Assembly: GCA_051251855.1 (NCBI GenBank)
Contig: JBPOGI010000006.1
Location: 128,001 to 192,000, forward strand
Origin: Roseibacillus sp.
Lineage (GTDB): Bacteria > Verrucomicrobiota > Verrucomicrobiia > Verrucomicrobiales > Akkermansiaceae
Direction: 5' to 3'
DNA: 64,000 bases
Of this stretch, positions 44,558-54,576 are shown piece after piece. Both the position numbers and the translations under genes were made by a program. Positions within the stretch are counted from its first letter, which is position 1. Every line of letters begins with the position of its first letter. A model generated the notes under the pieces. That model was not told the DNA's origin, made no database searches, and saw only the letters and a list, made by a program, of their open reading frames with translations.

Positions 44558-47080
44558 CTAGAGTGCCGGGACGGGTCCTTCACTGAGGCGAATGAGTTTG
44601 GAGTCACCAAGTCCTGCGGTATCAATGGCCTTGCTTTCTGCGGCGGCGGTGGCGGTGAATTCGGTGCCGGCGATGGCCTCAAATTGAGAAGTGGCCGTGT
44701 TGTAACCTTGGAAGTGATAGACGGTGTCTATTCCTAAGCCGGTCAAATCAACATTGAGGCTGCCTCCTGAATAGCTCGTAACGCAAATTCCCAAGCCTTC
44801 CAATGCGGCAGCAAAGTTTGCGGCGACTTCGTCAGCGGTCATGATACCGCTATAGATGCAAAACTCGTCAAAGGAGCCACCGAAGCGGGGATCTGAAGTG
44901 TTTGCATTAGAGCGCCCAAGCCAGTTGTTCACGTCGGCGATTGCGGCGATGGAACGGTTTCCGATTGCGAGGATGTCGTTACTGATAAGCATCCCATTGA
45001 GGTAAATCATGCGAATACCGGTTTCGGGATCAATTGTCATCACGAGGTAAGAGCGCTCGCCTACGGTTAAACCGGCGCTTGCGGTAACAAATTGAGTACC
45101 CAAGGCTGGTCGATCGGTGGTGAATTCTGAAGCGAGGTTGCCGCTACCACTTCGGTGCGCGATGATGTTTGCGAATGAGACCGGCTCGGTATTGGTGCCA
45201 AAGTCGACCGCGCGCATCCAGTTGTTGGTGGCGTCTTTGGTCATCCACGTCTCGAAGGTGAGGCCGAGGGTATCTACGTTGGGAATGGTTGAAATGATGC
45301 CGTCTGGGAGGTCCACATAAGCGCCGTCAGCTGCGTTGGCTCCACCCGGTAAGACGAGAGCACTTCCATCAGCATTGAAGATAGCTCCAGTTCCAAGGAC
45401 TACAGCGTCGGCAGTGCCAACCGTGTCTGCGATGGAAGTGTTTTCGAGAGCTGCGGCACCTGCGGTTCCCGTGAATTCGTAGCAGTGCATCAAGGTAGTG
45501 GGCTTCAGTGGGGGCAGAGCCAGGGTGATGGTGATCGTGTCGCTAATCAGACTGCCGCCTGACAATTCCCATGCGGCAGTGATCACGGAATCTCCGAGGG
45601 AATTGGTATTAGTTCCAGGAGTTAGTAGACCCGATGCTCCATTGACCGCGATATCACTTCCAGAATCTGTAGAGAAGACGGTTCCAGCAATGTTGTTGAT
45701 CTCGATGGGGGTGGCGATATTGGGTGTGGTGACGGTCAGAATGATGGTGGCGTTGGAGCCGCCAACATAGAGAGTGTTCGCTGGTTGGGTGGTGACGGTT
45801 GCAGTGATCGAATCCGCGTCTTCAGTGGTGACCGTGATAGCTTCCGAGAAGGAAGAGCCGCCTGGGATGAGAAGCTCTGCGGTAATGGCTGCGCTTCCTG
45901 GGTCCAACGGGGCTAGGACGCCAGCAACGTCAAAAACGGCAACGCCTGTGTCACTGCTCGACAAGGTAAAGCCGGTGTAATTGTCAACAACGACTCCACT
46001 CAAACTTGCGCTGTCTGCAGAGACGCTCATGGTTACGTTTGCGCCATAGGACAATAGGTAGTTGGGATTGATTTCATCAGCTAGTGGGATGAAGTTAAAG
46101 TTGGTAGGTTCTTCTACCACAAATGTGACTGCGGAAGTGGTGACCGAAGTGCCGTTGTCTCCAAGGACGGTCGCAGTGATATCTGCGGAGCCAGGTTGGA
46201 TGACTGTCACTTCTCCTCCGCTTGAGACGGTGGCAACACTAGTATTGTTAGAGGAGTATGATACGACGGAGCTTCCGAGGGCGGTGACATCGATAGTGCC
46301 AGCCGTTGTGAAAGTTCCGGTTGCCGAGAGATCCACTTCTGGGGCTCCGACAATGAAAGTCGTATTAGGTGCCGATAAGGTTGCGGCAGTGACATCACCA
46401 AAGGTGGGGACGGAGGAGGTGATGGAGAAGCCGTTGAGTCCTGCGGATGCGTTATTGTTGCTTCCCGAAGGGGCTCCTTTTCTGTTCCACGTGAAGGTTA
46501 AGTCGTCGGCAGTAGCGTCCGAAACGAAGGTGAACTGAACAAAAGTCACCGAGTTCGTCGGATTGAGTCGATCATTGCCGAACTCAGTGGTCTGAGTTGC
46601 AGTTGTGGTACCGTTGTAGGTAGCGGTAAAATCCGTCTCTTGAGCGACGTTGTCTCCGATTCCGTAAATAGTGAGGGTGATCAGCTCTCCGGCAGGGAAC
46701 TGGGCGACTCCAGCAATGGTGACTGTATTCGGGATCGTAGTGTCTCGGTCGTAGATGTAGCCCTCCACAATCGGGGTGTTATCTGTCCAAGAGGTGTCTC
46801 CGGCATTGTATCCACCATTGACGATTCCTGTTGTGGTAATGGTGTAGCTGGCGGCATCTTCGTCAGTGACGGTCGCAGCTCCTAATGCAGCCCAAGTCGT
46901 AATGACGGTGGGAGTGGCAGTTGTTAAGATGTTGGAATCATTAGCGGCAAAATGAGCCGTAGTGGATGCGACGGAGCCACCGGCATTCGTTGGGGCGATA
47001 TCGACTAAGATTGTTTTCGCGGAGGCGAAACAAGCGCTTGAAGCCAGAAGAAGACTGGCGAATTTAAAGGAGGTTTTCAT
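44558..47080 (-). CDS. Secreted Ig-like (Big_2) / LamG-domain protein
   Basis: Signal peptide, 'YSSNNTSVATVS..G' Ig repeats, and LamG motifs YVDLP.G, TFETW, W.R..DFG, NNWLGRS, G.FDEF.IY. Confidence 0.85.
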   Translation of the reverse strand: MKTSFKFASLLLASSACFASAKTILVDIAPTNAGGSVASTTAHFAANDSNILTTATPTVITTWAALGAATVTDEDAASYTITTTGIVNGGYNAGDTSWTDNTPIVEGYIYDRDTTIPNTVTIAGVAQFPAGELITLTIYGIGDNVAQETDFTATYNGTTTATQTTEFGNDRLNPTNSVTFVQFTFVSDATADDLTFTWNRKGAPSGSNNNASAGLNGFSITSSVPTFGDVTAATLSAPNTTFIVGAPEVDLSATGTFTTAGTIDVTALGSSVVSYSSNNTSVATVSSGGEVTVIQPGSADITATVLGDNGTSVTTSAVTFVVEEPTNFNFIPLADEINPNYLLSYGANVTMSVSADSASLSGVVVDNYTGFTLSSSDTGVAVFDVAGVLAPLDPGSAAITAELLIPGGSSFSEAITVTTEDADSITATVTTQPANTLYVGGSNATIILTVTTPNIATPIEINNIAGTVFSTDSGSDIAVNGASGLLTPGTNTNSLGDSVITAAWELSGGSLISDTITITLALPPLKPTTLMHCYEFTGTAGAAALENTSIADTVGTADAVVLGTGAIFNADGSALVLPGGANAADGAYVDLPDGIISTIPNVDTLGLTFETWMTKDATNNWMRAVDFGTNTEPVSFANIIAHRSGSGNLASEFTTDRPALGTQFVTASAGLTVGERSYLVMTIDPETGIRMIYLNGMLISNDILAIGNRSIAAIADVNNWLGRSNANTSDPRFGGSFDEFCIYSGIMTADEVAANFAAALEGLGICVTSYSGGSLNVDLTGLGIDTVYHFQGYNTATSQFEAIAGTEFTATAAAESKAIDTAGLGDSKLIRLSEGPVPAL

Positions 47081-47377
47081 GGTTTTGGTGGAAGCTTGGA
47101 ATTGACGTTGATGGATGAAAATCAAGCCCAAGGCGTTTGAAGGTCCTGATAACGGGCCCAGCTAAAAATTAGTCTGGGTTCGCTAGAGAGCAAGGCGGTA
47201 ACGCTCTGGTGGAGAATTTAGCGGAACATTTGACGACTACTGGCCTAAATACGTCGATAATTGTGAGGGGCGTTAGAGCACACGCAACTAGCGGCATCTG
47301 CTCGGCGGGAGCAGAAGGGTGGGCTATGCAGTCATCACGGTTCCACCGTGACTAAAGCCACATGCATAAGGAAAAGG

Positions 47378-47740
47378 CTAGCCTTGCACCTTGGCGTTGC
47401 GGCCTTCGTCGATGAGGTTCCAGAAATGTTTGGAATCAGCGAGGGCTTCGTCTTCGGAGGAGATTTTGGAGCGATAGAGGAAGTCGGTAAGGGAGCCTTT
47501 GTGAAGGACTCGGTGGACGATGACTTTGTTGTCGGCGACCTCGAAGTAAAAGCGCCAGTCGTCGGAACGAAAGCGATAGAGGCTTTTACCGTCTCGGTCT
47601 AACTTGCCAAATTTCTCTCCATCAAGGTTCTCGAGGTCTTGAGGGCTGACTTGAAATTCGTCGAAGATCTGGAGCTGGGCCAGAGTGTCGAGTTGGGAAA
47701 TCTCAGCAGCAGAGATTTCGTTGAAGACGATTTGAAGCAT
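47378..47740 (-). CDS. Stand-alone RelE/ParE-like protein
   Basis: QIVFNEISAAEI...LYRFRSDDWRFYFEV...VIVHRVLH. No adjacent antitoxin ORF. Confidence 0.7.
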   Translation of the reverse strand: MLQIVFNEISAAEISQLDTLAQLQIFDEFQVSPQDLENLDGEKFGKLDRDGKSLYRFRSDDWRFYFEVADNKVIVHRVLHKGSLTDFLYRSKISSEDEALADSKHFWNLIDEGRNAKVQG

Positions 47741-47852
47741 GCCAGAGGGTGGCATGCCTAGTGTTGATTGGTCAACTTAGATGCAGGGCGCGAAAGTTCT
47801 TCTGTGGGCGGTGAAGATTGAATTTTGGCCCGAAACCCGCTAGGCTCCACTT

Positions 47853-48554
47853 ATGTCAACACCACATATTGAGGCCGCTGAGGGAGCATTCGCAGAAACC
47901 ATTTTGCTGCCGGGTGATCCGCTGCGTGCGAAGTTTATTGCCGACACTTTTTTAGAAGATGTGGTCCAAGTGAACGGGGTGCGCAATATGCTGGGATATA
48001 CGGGAAGCTTTGAGGGGAAGAAGGTGTCGGTGATGGGGACGGGAATGGGCATTCCTTCGTTGTCGATTTATACGAAAGAGTTGATCACGGAATATGGAGT
48101 GAAGAATCTCATTCGGGTGGGAAGTTGTGGAGCGGTGAGCAAGTCCATAAAGGTGAGGGAAATTTTGGTGGGCTTAGGGGCAAGCACGGATAGTGGGGTG
48201 AATCGAGCGCGCTTTGGTGGATACGACTTTTCGGCAGTGGCGGACTGGGGGCTAACGCGGGCAGCGGTAGAATCTGCTGAACGGCAGGGGATTCCAGTGA
48301 AGGTGGGGACACTCTTTTCGGCCGATCTCTTCTATACCCCACAACCGGAGATGTTCGATCGCATGGAGGCGATGGGGATTTTGGCGGTAGAAATGGAGGC
48401 GGCGGGCCTTTTTGGTGTTTGTGCGGAGTTTGGAGCTAAGGGGCTGACGGTCTGCACGGTGAGCGACCATATCCGGACCGGAGAAAGTTTGCCTAGTGAT
48501 GAGCGGGAAAAGGGCTTTGCTGATATGATGAAGGTGGTACTGGGCTCTTTGTGA
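47853..48554 (+). CDS. deoD: Purine nucleoside phosphorylase
   Basis: [36 protein letters not shown]. Confidence 0.97.
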   Translation: MSTPHIEAAEGAFAETILLPGDPLRAKFIADTFLEDVVQVNGVRNMLGYTGSFEGKKVSVMGTGMGIPSLSIYTKELITEYGVKNLIRVGSCGAVSKSIKVREILVGLGASTDSGVNRARFGGYDFSAVADWGLTRAAVESAERQGIPVKVGTLFSADLFYTPQPEMFDRMEAMGILAVEMEAAGLFGVCAEFGAKGLTVCTVSDHIRTGESLPSDEREKGFADMMKVVLGSL

Positions 48555-48624
48555 AGAGGACGAGCCCTCGTTCGGTGAAGTTTGCTGAGTTGCGCGGCAG
48601 GAAGAACGATTCTAGCTTAGTGGC

Positions 48625-49086
48625 ATGTGGAAGTTGCTTTGTATCGTTCCTTTGGCGGCGACTCTTGTGAGTTGTGGTCTGTTCAAGAAAAAGGTTGAGG
48701 CGGGGCCCAAGCAACGGGCAACGTCGGTTGTGGGAGAGGTCACGAGCGTGCACTCTGACCAAGGATTCGTTCTTTTCCGACGTTATGGCCCCGGGGAGTT
48801 GCTAGGAGGAGGGCTCTTGAGTGCGAGAAGCTTAGATGGGAAGAGGGCGGCTGACCTGAAGCTGAGCCCTGAAAAATTGGGACGATTCTACACTGCAGAC
48901 TTTTCAAAAGAGGAGGTGACACCTCGAAAAGGAGACCTTGTAGTGCTCACAAAATTGCCTGATGACACACAAAACGACAATTTGGTCACAGAAAAAACTG
49001 AGTCGGAAGAGCTGGAGGTCAAAAAAATGGGTTCTTCCTCAGAGCCGGAAATCATTGATTCTACAGCATCTCGGAGGAGTCGATAA
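48625..49086 (+). CDS. Hypothetical lipoprotein
   Basis: Lipobox LVSC. Preceded by TAGCTT-N6-ATG. Confidence 0.75.
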   Translation: MWKLLCIVPLAATLVSCGLFKKKVEAGPKQRATSVVGEVTSVHSDQGFVLFRRYGPGELLGGGLLSARSLDGKRAADLKLSPEKLGRFYTADFSKEEVTPRKGDLVVLTKLPDDTQNDNLVTEKTESEELEVKKMGSSSEPEIIDSTASRRSR

Positions 49087-49212
49087 TAGGCCTCATCATT
49101 ATTTTTTATAAAAACTTAAGAATTTACTTCACTTCTTTTGATTTTTCGGGCAGTTTTCACTCACTCAGCTGCTGAGTAACCATGTTGTTCCAAAAACATA
49201 ACCAATCCAGTA

Positions 49213-49662
49213 ATGAAAACCAGTACTACCAGCCGCAAAGGCGCGGTGCAGGCGGAAGCAGACCGCTTGGCCGATTTCGTGTTGTTCACGCAACGTTCTT
49301 GTATCCTCAACCTCTCAAACGAGCTTAACCGGGGGCACATTTCGTTTCCTCAGTTTTTCCTTTTGACGTATTTGTCTAGTGAGGAGTTCCTCACTATGTC
49401 TGATATCGCCAAGAAGATGGGCCACTCGACTGCAGCCGCTACCGGCCTCGTCGATCGTCTTGAGAAGATTGGATACGTAGAGCGTGTGCACGCTGCCGAG
49501 GACCGTCGCAAGATCATGGTTCGGATTACCCAAAAGGGTACCGAGCTCGTGGCTCACATGCGTAAGGAAATCGCTACCGACCTCGCTTCCATCATGGATG
49601 AAGCGGATGAGGATGAAGCGGAGACCATTGATTACGCTCGCCGTGCAATGAGCAAAGCCTAA
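49213..49662 (+). CDS. MarR family transcriptional regulator
   Basis: LTMSDIA...ATGLVDRLEK.GYVER....DRR...V.IT.KG. Confidence 0.93.
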   Translation: MKTSTTSRKGAVQAEADRLADFVLFTQRSCILNLSNELNRGHISFPQFFLLTYLSSEEFLTMSDIAKKMGHSTAAATGLVDRLEKIGYVERVHAAEDRRKIMVRITQKGTELVAHMRKEIATDLASIMDEADEDEAETIDYARRAMSKA

Positions 49663-49915
49663 AGGCCGCGCTGATTGCCCAGCAGTGAAGTCACCTTCCT
49701 GCTCCCTGCTACTCACCTTCTTTGGAGACAATATGGTGGGCTAGGGAATTACCATTAGGATCACCCCTAGTCCTAACAAGTTCACTTAAGTTCCACTATG
49801 CCTTCGAGCGTAGTGGAATTTTTTTTGGTGGGAGGCGGCTTGTGGTTGAGCATTGTGGCAGGGGACTCAGGATTCTGCTCTGGTGCATTGAGAAGTGTTT
49901 TTCTAGCTTCGCGGG

Positions 49916-50584
49916 GTGCCCTACGATCTCTCATTTCTTGATCCCCTTCGTGAAGCAGGCTTCATGGCGGACTTTGTGCCTCGGGTTGAAGGAGTAGCAG
50001 GAAGCTACGACAAAGAAGAGGGCTTGGTTTCGCTGGAACCATTTCATCGGCAAGCGGTGGAGCGATTGGGTTTCGACTGGTCGCAACTTTGGAGAGCGGA
50101 GCAAGTTCACGGGGGAGAACTGGGCATGGTTGAGGTGAGCTCGGGGTCGGCGGACACTTTGAAAGGTGTGGATGGCTTAATTTCGCATCTCCCGTCAGAG
50201 CTCTTGGGAATCTATGTCGCGGATTGCGGGTTGATTTGGTTGGCTGATCAGAGAACCGGTGCTGTGGCCTTGCTCCATTCGGGGAGAAAGGGAACGGAAG
50301 AGGGGATTTTACCAAATGCGGTGGCGGCGATGGGTAAAAGCTTTGGAAGTAGGCCTGAAGATTTGATTGGGGTGTTGGGTCCTTGTATCCGCCCGCCTCA
50401 CTATGAGGTGAATATCTCGAAGATGATTGCCCTACAGGCTAGTGAAGTGGGATTAGGGCAGTTCCACGATTGTGGGATCTGCACTGGGTCTGAAGTGAGT
50501 TGTCATTACAGCTATCGAATCGAAAAAGGTCTCACGGGCAGAATGTTGGGACTTCTTGCATCCAAACCGAGACGAGAGGCGTAA
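49916..50584 (+). CDS. pgeF: YfiH/PgeF (laccase-domain) protein
   Basis: QVHG, DGL, VADC, HSGRKG, GPCI, ICT, SYR. Confidence 0.88.
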   Translation: MPYDLSFLDPLREAGFMADFVPRVEGVAGSYDKEEGLVSLEPFHRQAVERLGFDWSQLWRAEQVHGGELGMVEVSSGSADTLKGVDGLISHLPSELLGIYVADCGLIWLADQRTGAVALLHSGRKGTEEGILPNAVAAMGKSFGSRPEDLIGVLGPCIRPPHYEVNISKMIALQASEVGLGQFHDCGICTGSEVSCHYSYRIEKGLTGRMLGLLASKPRREA

Positions 50585-51059
50585 CTTCAGTAGAGAGAGT
50601 ATCTTGATATACCCAAGTTTCTGGCGGTTAGTCCGCTAGGCGAAGGTTGCGAGCCAGCTTTCTGTAAACTCTTGAAATTTTGTGACTCGAATGAACTTAG
50701 TGTTGTCTATGTATTTACCGACTCAATAAATTGTGGGTTGATTTCTGGCTTTTCTGGGGAAACTTAGAAAAGGCAGATTTCAGCTCCGGTTGAATAGAGT
50801 GAGAGATAGTTGCTGAGAGCGGGCTTTTTGTGTGTGAGCCCAATCGAGGCTGCTATTTCATTACGGTTTTCCCCTGACGGGGAGGCATCGAAAGAGAACA
50901 GAGGGCGGGCCTGGTGGTCCGCCCTCGACTTTTTAGCCCGAGCGACGATTGGGTCTCATTTTGCGGGGTGCGCACATGCTCGTGGCTCACAATGCGAATT
51001 TTATGAGATTGGTCCAAGAAACCTCTGCACTCGTGCGTTTCTCTGTTAACTTGACCTGA

Positions 51060-51602
51060 ATGGGCCTGTCGAAAGAAGAAATGACCGCGCTCGCGAGAGA
51101 TGAATTCGTTGCCGATGCCTTGGCAAAATACGAGGCGCCGTTGGTGGGCTATGCCACGGGGATTGTGCGCGACCATGAGCGGGCCCGTGACGTGGTTCAG
51201 GATACCTTCATCCGGCTGTATCAGCAGGATATCGAGAAGGTTCGCAAAGGTCTGAAGACTTGGCTCTATACGGTTTGTCGAAACCGGGCACTTGATGTGC
51301 TGAGGAAAGAGGGGCGAGCGGTTGTGACCGACGAGGAAGGCTTTTCAAAGTGGGAGGCGGAAGGTCTCTCTCCGCGAGCGATGACTGACCTTGATGAGCG
51401 GGTGCGACAGGTCACGGATTGCCTCGATAAACTTTCCGCCAATCAACGCGAAGTGATTCGCCTCAAATTTCAACAAGGGATGAGCTACAAGGAAATCAGT
51501 GCTGTGACAGGACTGACCTCCGGCAATGTGGGCTTCTTGATTCATACCGGACTCAAGCGGATGCGCTCGCTCCTTCCCGACGATTTACTCGAAAATATTT
51601 AA
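51060..51602 (+). CDS. ECF sigma factor
   Basis: DVVQDTFIRL, WLYTVCRN..LD, L...QREVI.L.F..GMSY.EI. Confidence 0.93.
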   Translation: MGLSKEEMTALARDEFVADALAKYEAPLVGYATGIVRDHERARDVVQDTFIRLYQQDIEKVRKGLKTWLYTVCRNRALDVLRKEGRAVVTDEEGFSKWEAEGLSPRAMTDLDERVRQVTDCLDKLSANQREVIRLKFQQGMSYKEISAVTGLTSGNVGFLIHTGLKRMRSLLPDDLLENI

Positions 51603-51603
51603 G

Positions 51604-53013
51604 ATGAAAAAGCTGCAACCAGACGATCCACGATTGACCGCCTATGTTTTGGGGGAGTTACCGCCCAAGGAGGCGAAGCTCATTGCTGATCGTGAGAAGA
51701 GCGACCAGGGGGTTGCGGATGAGATGGCCAAGACGCAAGCCTTAGGCAAACTTTTGTGCGAAGCCTATGAGCGGGAGGGGCTTTCGTTACACCCTGTTCA
51801 ACGAGCGGTGATTCGACGCGTAGGACAGAGCCAAGAAGCGCTGGCGATGCGATCGGCACGTCGGCGTGGAGATTGGCGGCGGGGGGCGGGGATTGCGTTG
51901 GCGGCAGCTGCGTCGATCACGGTCGTTCTCTTTATCTTGGCGAAGACGCCGGTAGAAAATTCTACTCAGGCGGTTGTTGAGCCAGAGCAACTGCAGATGG
52001 AGGTCGTGTTGAGCCCGGCGGCGCTCACTAATTGGGGAGATAAGCGGGTTGAGCTAGCCGATAAGAATGCTGAAGGTGAGACGTCAGTGACTATTGAGAA
52101 ACAGCAGGTGTCCGACGCGCGCGCTGAATTTGCACAACGTGTCTTGAATGATCCGCAGCGGTTCTTTGCCTCGGCTGAGCACACGGCACGGCGCCAGATT
52201 CTGCCAGAGGCTGAATCCTTTGTTCCCTTGCAAGAGAACGGCTATCTTTTGACAAGTGACCGTCCAAGTACAACCGTGCCGGTGATGGCGGGGCGGACAA
52301 GTTTTGCCTGGGTAGAGCGCTTTCTGCGGGAGCGGGGGCAGCTTCCTCCTCGAGATGCGGTGCGACTGGAGGAGTTGGTGAACTATCCCGATTATCAAGA
52401 GAGCGCCGAAGCGCAAGTCGGTGGCGTGGCCTTGACGAGCGAGTTAGTGCCTTGTCCTTGGAATGAAGATTCGCTTTTGCTGGGTCTTCTTCTTCAGCGT
52501 CAGCCTGGTTCGGAAGAGACCGAGAAAGTGGCGGTTCAGCTGGAGATCGATGAGGAGAGGGTTGCGGAGTATCGTCTTCTCGGTTTCGCGCAGCCAGATG
52601 GAGAAGTGGTTGCGGGAGCGGATGCGTCCCATCCTCTTGCGGCGGGAAACTCGACTTACGTCTTTTACGAGATTCGTCCGGGTGACGTCCCTTTCGATGA
52701 TGTCCCACTTGGTCGCGTAGCGATGAAGGTGACGGGTCAAGTCGGCGCGCCTATCTACCGAAATCTTGAGGTTCCCGCTATTCCGAATCGCTGGCTAGAT
52801 AGTTCCAATTCATTTAGAACGGCAGCCACGGTAGCAGCATATGCACTGTGTTTGCGCGACTCGCCTTATAAGGGGAATCTGAGCTTCGAGTGGGTTGAGT
52901 CGCTTGCGCGGCAGACCCTGTTAGAGCATCCGAAGGCGGATACTGCGACTAAGGAGGTTCTCGAGCTCATTATCCAGACACGCTCGCTGGCTGGTCTTGG
53001 AAAGACTGCCTAA
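51604..53013 (+). CDS. Putative anti-sigma factor with YfbK-type (vWF_A/DUF3520-like) segments
   Basis: DDPRLTAYVLGEL N-terminus, one TM helix, LPP.DAVRLEELVNY, PWN, YRLLGF, FRTAA.VA. Confidence 0.75.
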   Translation: MKKLQPDDPRLTAYVLGELPPKEAKLIADREKSDQGVADEMAKTQALGKLLCEAYEREGLSLHPVQRAVIRRVGQSQEALAMRSARRRGDWRRGAGIALAAAASITVVLFILAKTPVENSTQAVVEPEQLQMEVVLSPAALTNWGDKRVELADKNAEGETSVTIEKQQVSDARAEFAQRVLNDPQRFFASAEHTARRQILPEAESFVPLQENGYLLTSDRPSTTVPVMAGRTSFAWVERFLRERGQLPPRDAVRLEELVNYPDYQESAEAQVGGVALTSELVPCPWNEDSLLLGLLLQRQPGSEETEKVAVQLEIDEERVAEYRLLGFAQPDGEVVAGADASHPLAAGNSTYVFYEIRPGDVPFDDVPLGRVAMKVTGQVGAPIYRNLEVPAIPNRWLDSSNSFRTAATVAAYALCLRDSPYKGNLSFEWVESLARQTLLEHPKADTATKEVLELIIQTRSLAGLGKTA

Positions 53014-53888
53014 GGAGCGTTCCACTCAGGGATTTCGCCTTCCCAAGCAACAGGCGGAGATTGGAGTCCTTGGTGAAAACGTTCAGCGAGGAGTTCTATG
53101 ATCCCCTCGTGACCGGCGACGAGGTCACTCATGTGCCACTTAAGTTCGGGGTACTTTTCGGCGGCCTCTTTGCAAATTTGGGCGACATCGCCGCCGGGGC
53201 CAGCGTGGCGACCGGGGGAGGCAAAGAGCATGGAGACGATAATTTCTTTCTGGAAGCCTTCAGAGCCAATGACGTGTTCTAACAGTGGTTCGTTGAAAGC
53301 GTATTCGTCACCCTCACGGCGTTCCATAGAGGAAGGGGTGATGAGGGGAAATTGGTCTTCAGTGAGGAGTTGGCGGACTTGGGCTCCGAGGTGGTTGCGC
53401 ACTTCGGTGACTGCGATGCGAGGGGCGCCGTGGTCGACGACTGCAACGGCAGGGTGGGTAAAGTTCTGTTGCTCCTTAGTAGCGAGGATTTGATCCACGA
53501 GAATCTGAGCCATCCGAGTGTCTTCTTTGTCTTCGATATTGACGACGCAGGGAGCGATGCGGACTTCGAGTTCGGGCCAGTCGGGGCGGAGGTCTTCGAC
53601 GCGCTGAGGCATGTATTCGAGAATAGCGGCACTGGGGCCGAAGAACATGGGGGTGATGTGAAAGCGGTTGATGCCTTCCTCGCGTTTTTTCAGGATGAAA
53701 GGCTCGAAGATTTCGGCGGGAATACCGTCGAGTTTTTCGGGGGAGATTTTTGTGGAATGGAGAAGGGAGACAGGATGAATCGTTTGACCGACTTTCTTTC
53801 CCAAGCGCTCGGCGAGGTTGCGGAGGGAGAAGGTTGCTTCGGGCCGGTAGGACCCGTTATCGGTGATGAGGTAGCAGATTTCGCTCAT
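53010..53888 (-). CDS. CbiX/SirB-like chelatase family protein
   Basis: DNGS.RP, SLLHS, PMFFGPS, VDHG.P, PGRHAG..GD. Confidence 0.75.
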   Translation of the reverse strand: MSEICYLITDNGSYRPEATFSLRNLAERLGKKVGQTIHPVSLLHSTKISPEKLDGIPAEIFEPFILKKREEGINRFHITPMFFGPSAAILEYMPQRVEDLRPDWPELEVRIAPCVVNIEDKEDTRMAQILVDQILATKEQQNFTHPAVAVVDHGAPRIAVTEVRNHLGAQVRQLLTEDQFPLITPSSMERREGDEYAFNEPLLEHVIGSEGFQKEIIVSMLFASPGRHAGPGGDVAQICKEAAEKYPELKWHMSDLVAGHEGIIELLAERFHQGLQSPPVAWEGEIPEWNAP

Positions 53889-53921
53889 GTGAGTCTTGGA
53901 TAAGCGATTTTGGAGAAAAAG

Positions 53922-54482
53922 CTAAGGGTTTTTGGTTTTGAAGGTGAATTGAGAGGCTTCTTGGGGTGATGTGAGATGGATGAAGTTGAGGTGTGCCCAG
54001 CGGGGATCGACTTTGGCGTTGAGGAGATTTTGATTTTGTCGGGCGTGATTGGCCCATAGCCAGTTCAGGAGGGAGTCGGGGTGCCAAAAGCGAAGTTGGG
54101 GCCAGAACTGTTCGTAATTGGTTCCCCAGAGCAGTTCTTTTTTTCGCGATCTTCGCCAGGAGCGGCGAATAAGCCGCAGGCTGAGAAGGGGAAGGGGGAA
54201 ATCCAGCCAGATAATGGTATCGGCCCGTGGCCAAGTGAGTTCGCGGCAATAAACGGAGTAGTTGCCAGCGACAATCCAAGCGTCGCCATCGGTGGCCTCT
54301 CGGATGAGGCGGCGGAATTCCTCCGGATCGTGTTGATTACGGCCGCGCCAGTTAGGCTCAAAGTTGAGGGCGTCAAGTTCGACGTATGGATAGCCAGATT
54401 CGGAAGCGAGTCGGGCGGCAAGGGTGCTTTTGCCGGCATTGCTACTCCCGACGATCTGGATGCGACGAGGGGAGGGACTCAT
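53922..54482 (-). CDS. P-loop kinase (adenylate kinase/FlaR-like)
   Basis: GSSNAGKSTLA, ELD, WIV.GNY, ADTIIWLD. Confidence 0.85.
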   Translation of the reverse strand: MSPSPRRIQIVGSSNAGKSTLAARLASESGYPYVELDALNFEPNWRGRNQHDPEEFRRLIREATDGDAWIVAGNYSVYCRELTWPRADTIIWLDFPLPLLSLRLIRRSWRRSRKKELLWGTNYEQFWPQLRFWHPDSLLNWLWANHARQNQNLLNAKVDPRWAHLNFIHLTSPQEASQFTFKTKNP

Positions 54483-54576
54483 TGTTGATTGAAGCTTAGA
54501 GTGAAGTCCCCGACGATTGCAAAGCTTGAAGAGATATGGAACTGACGGCAGGCGTTCTAGCGGTTAAAAAACATCC

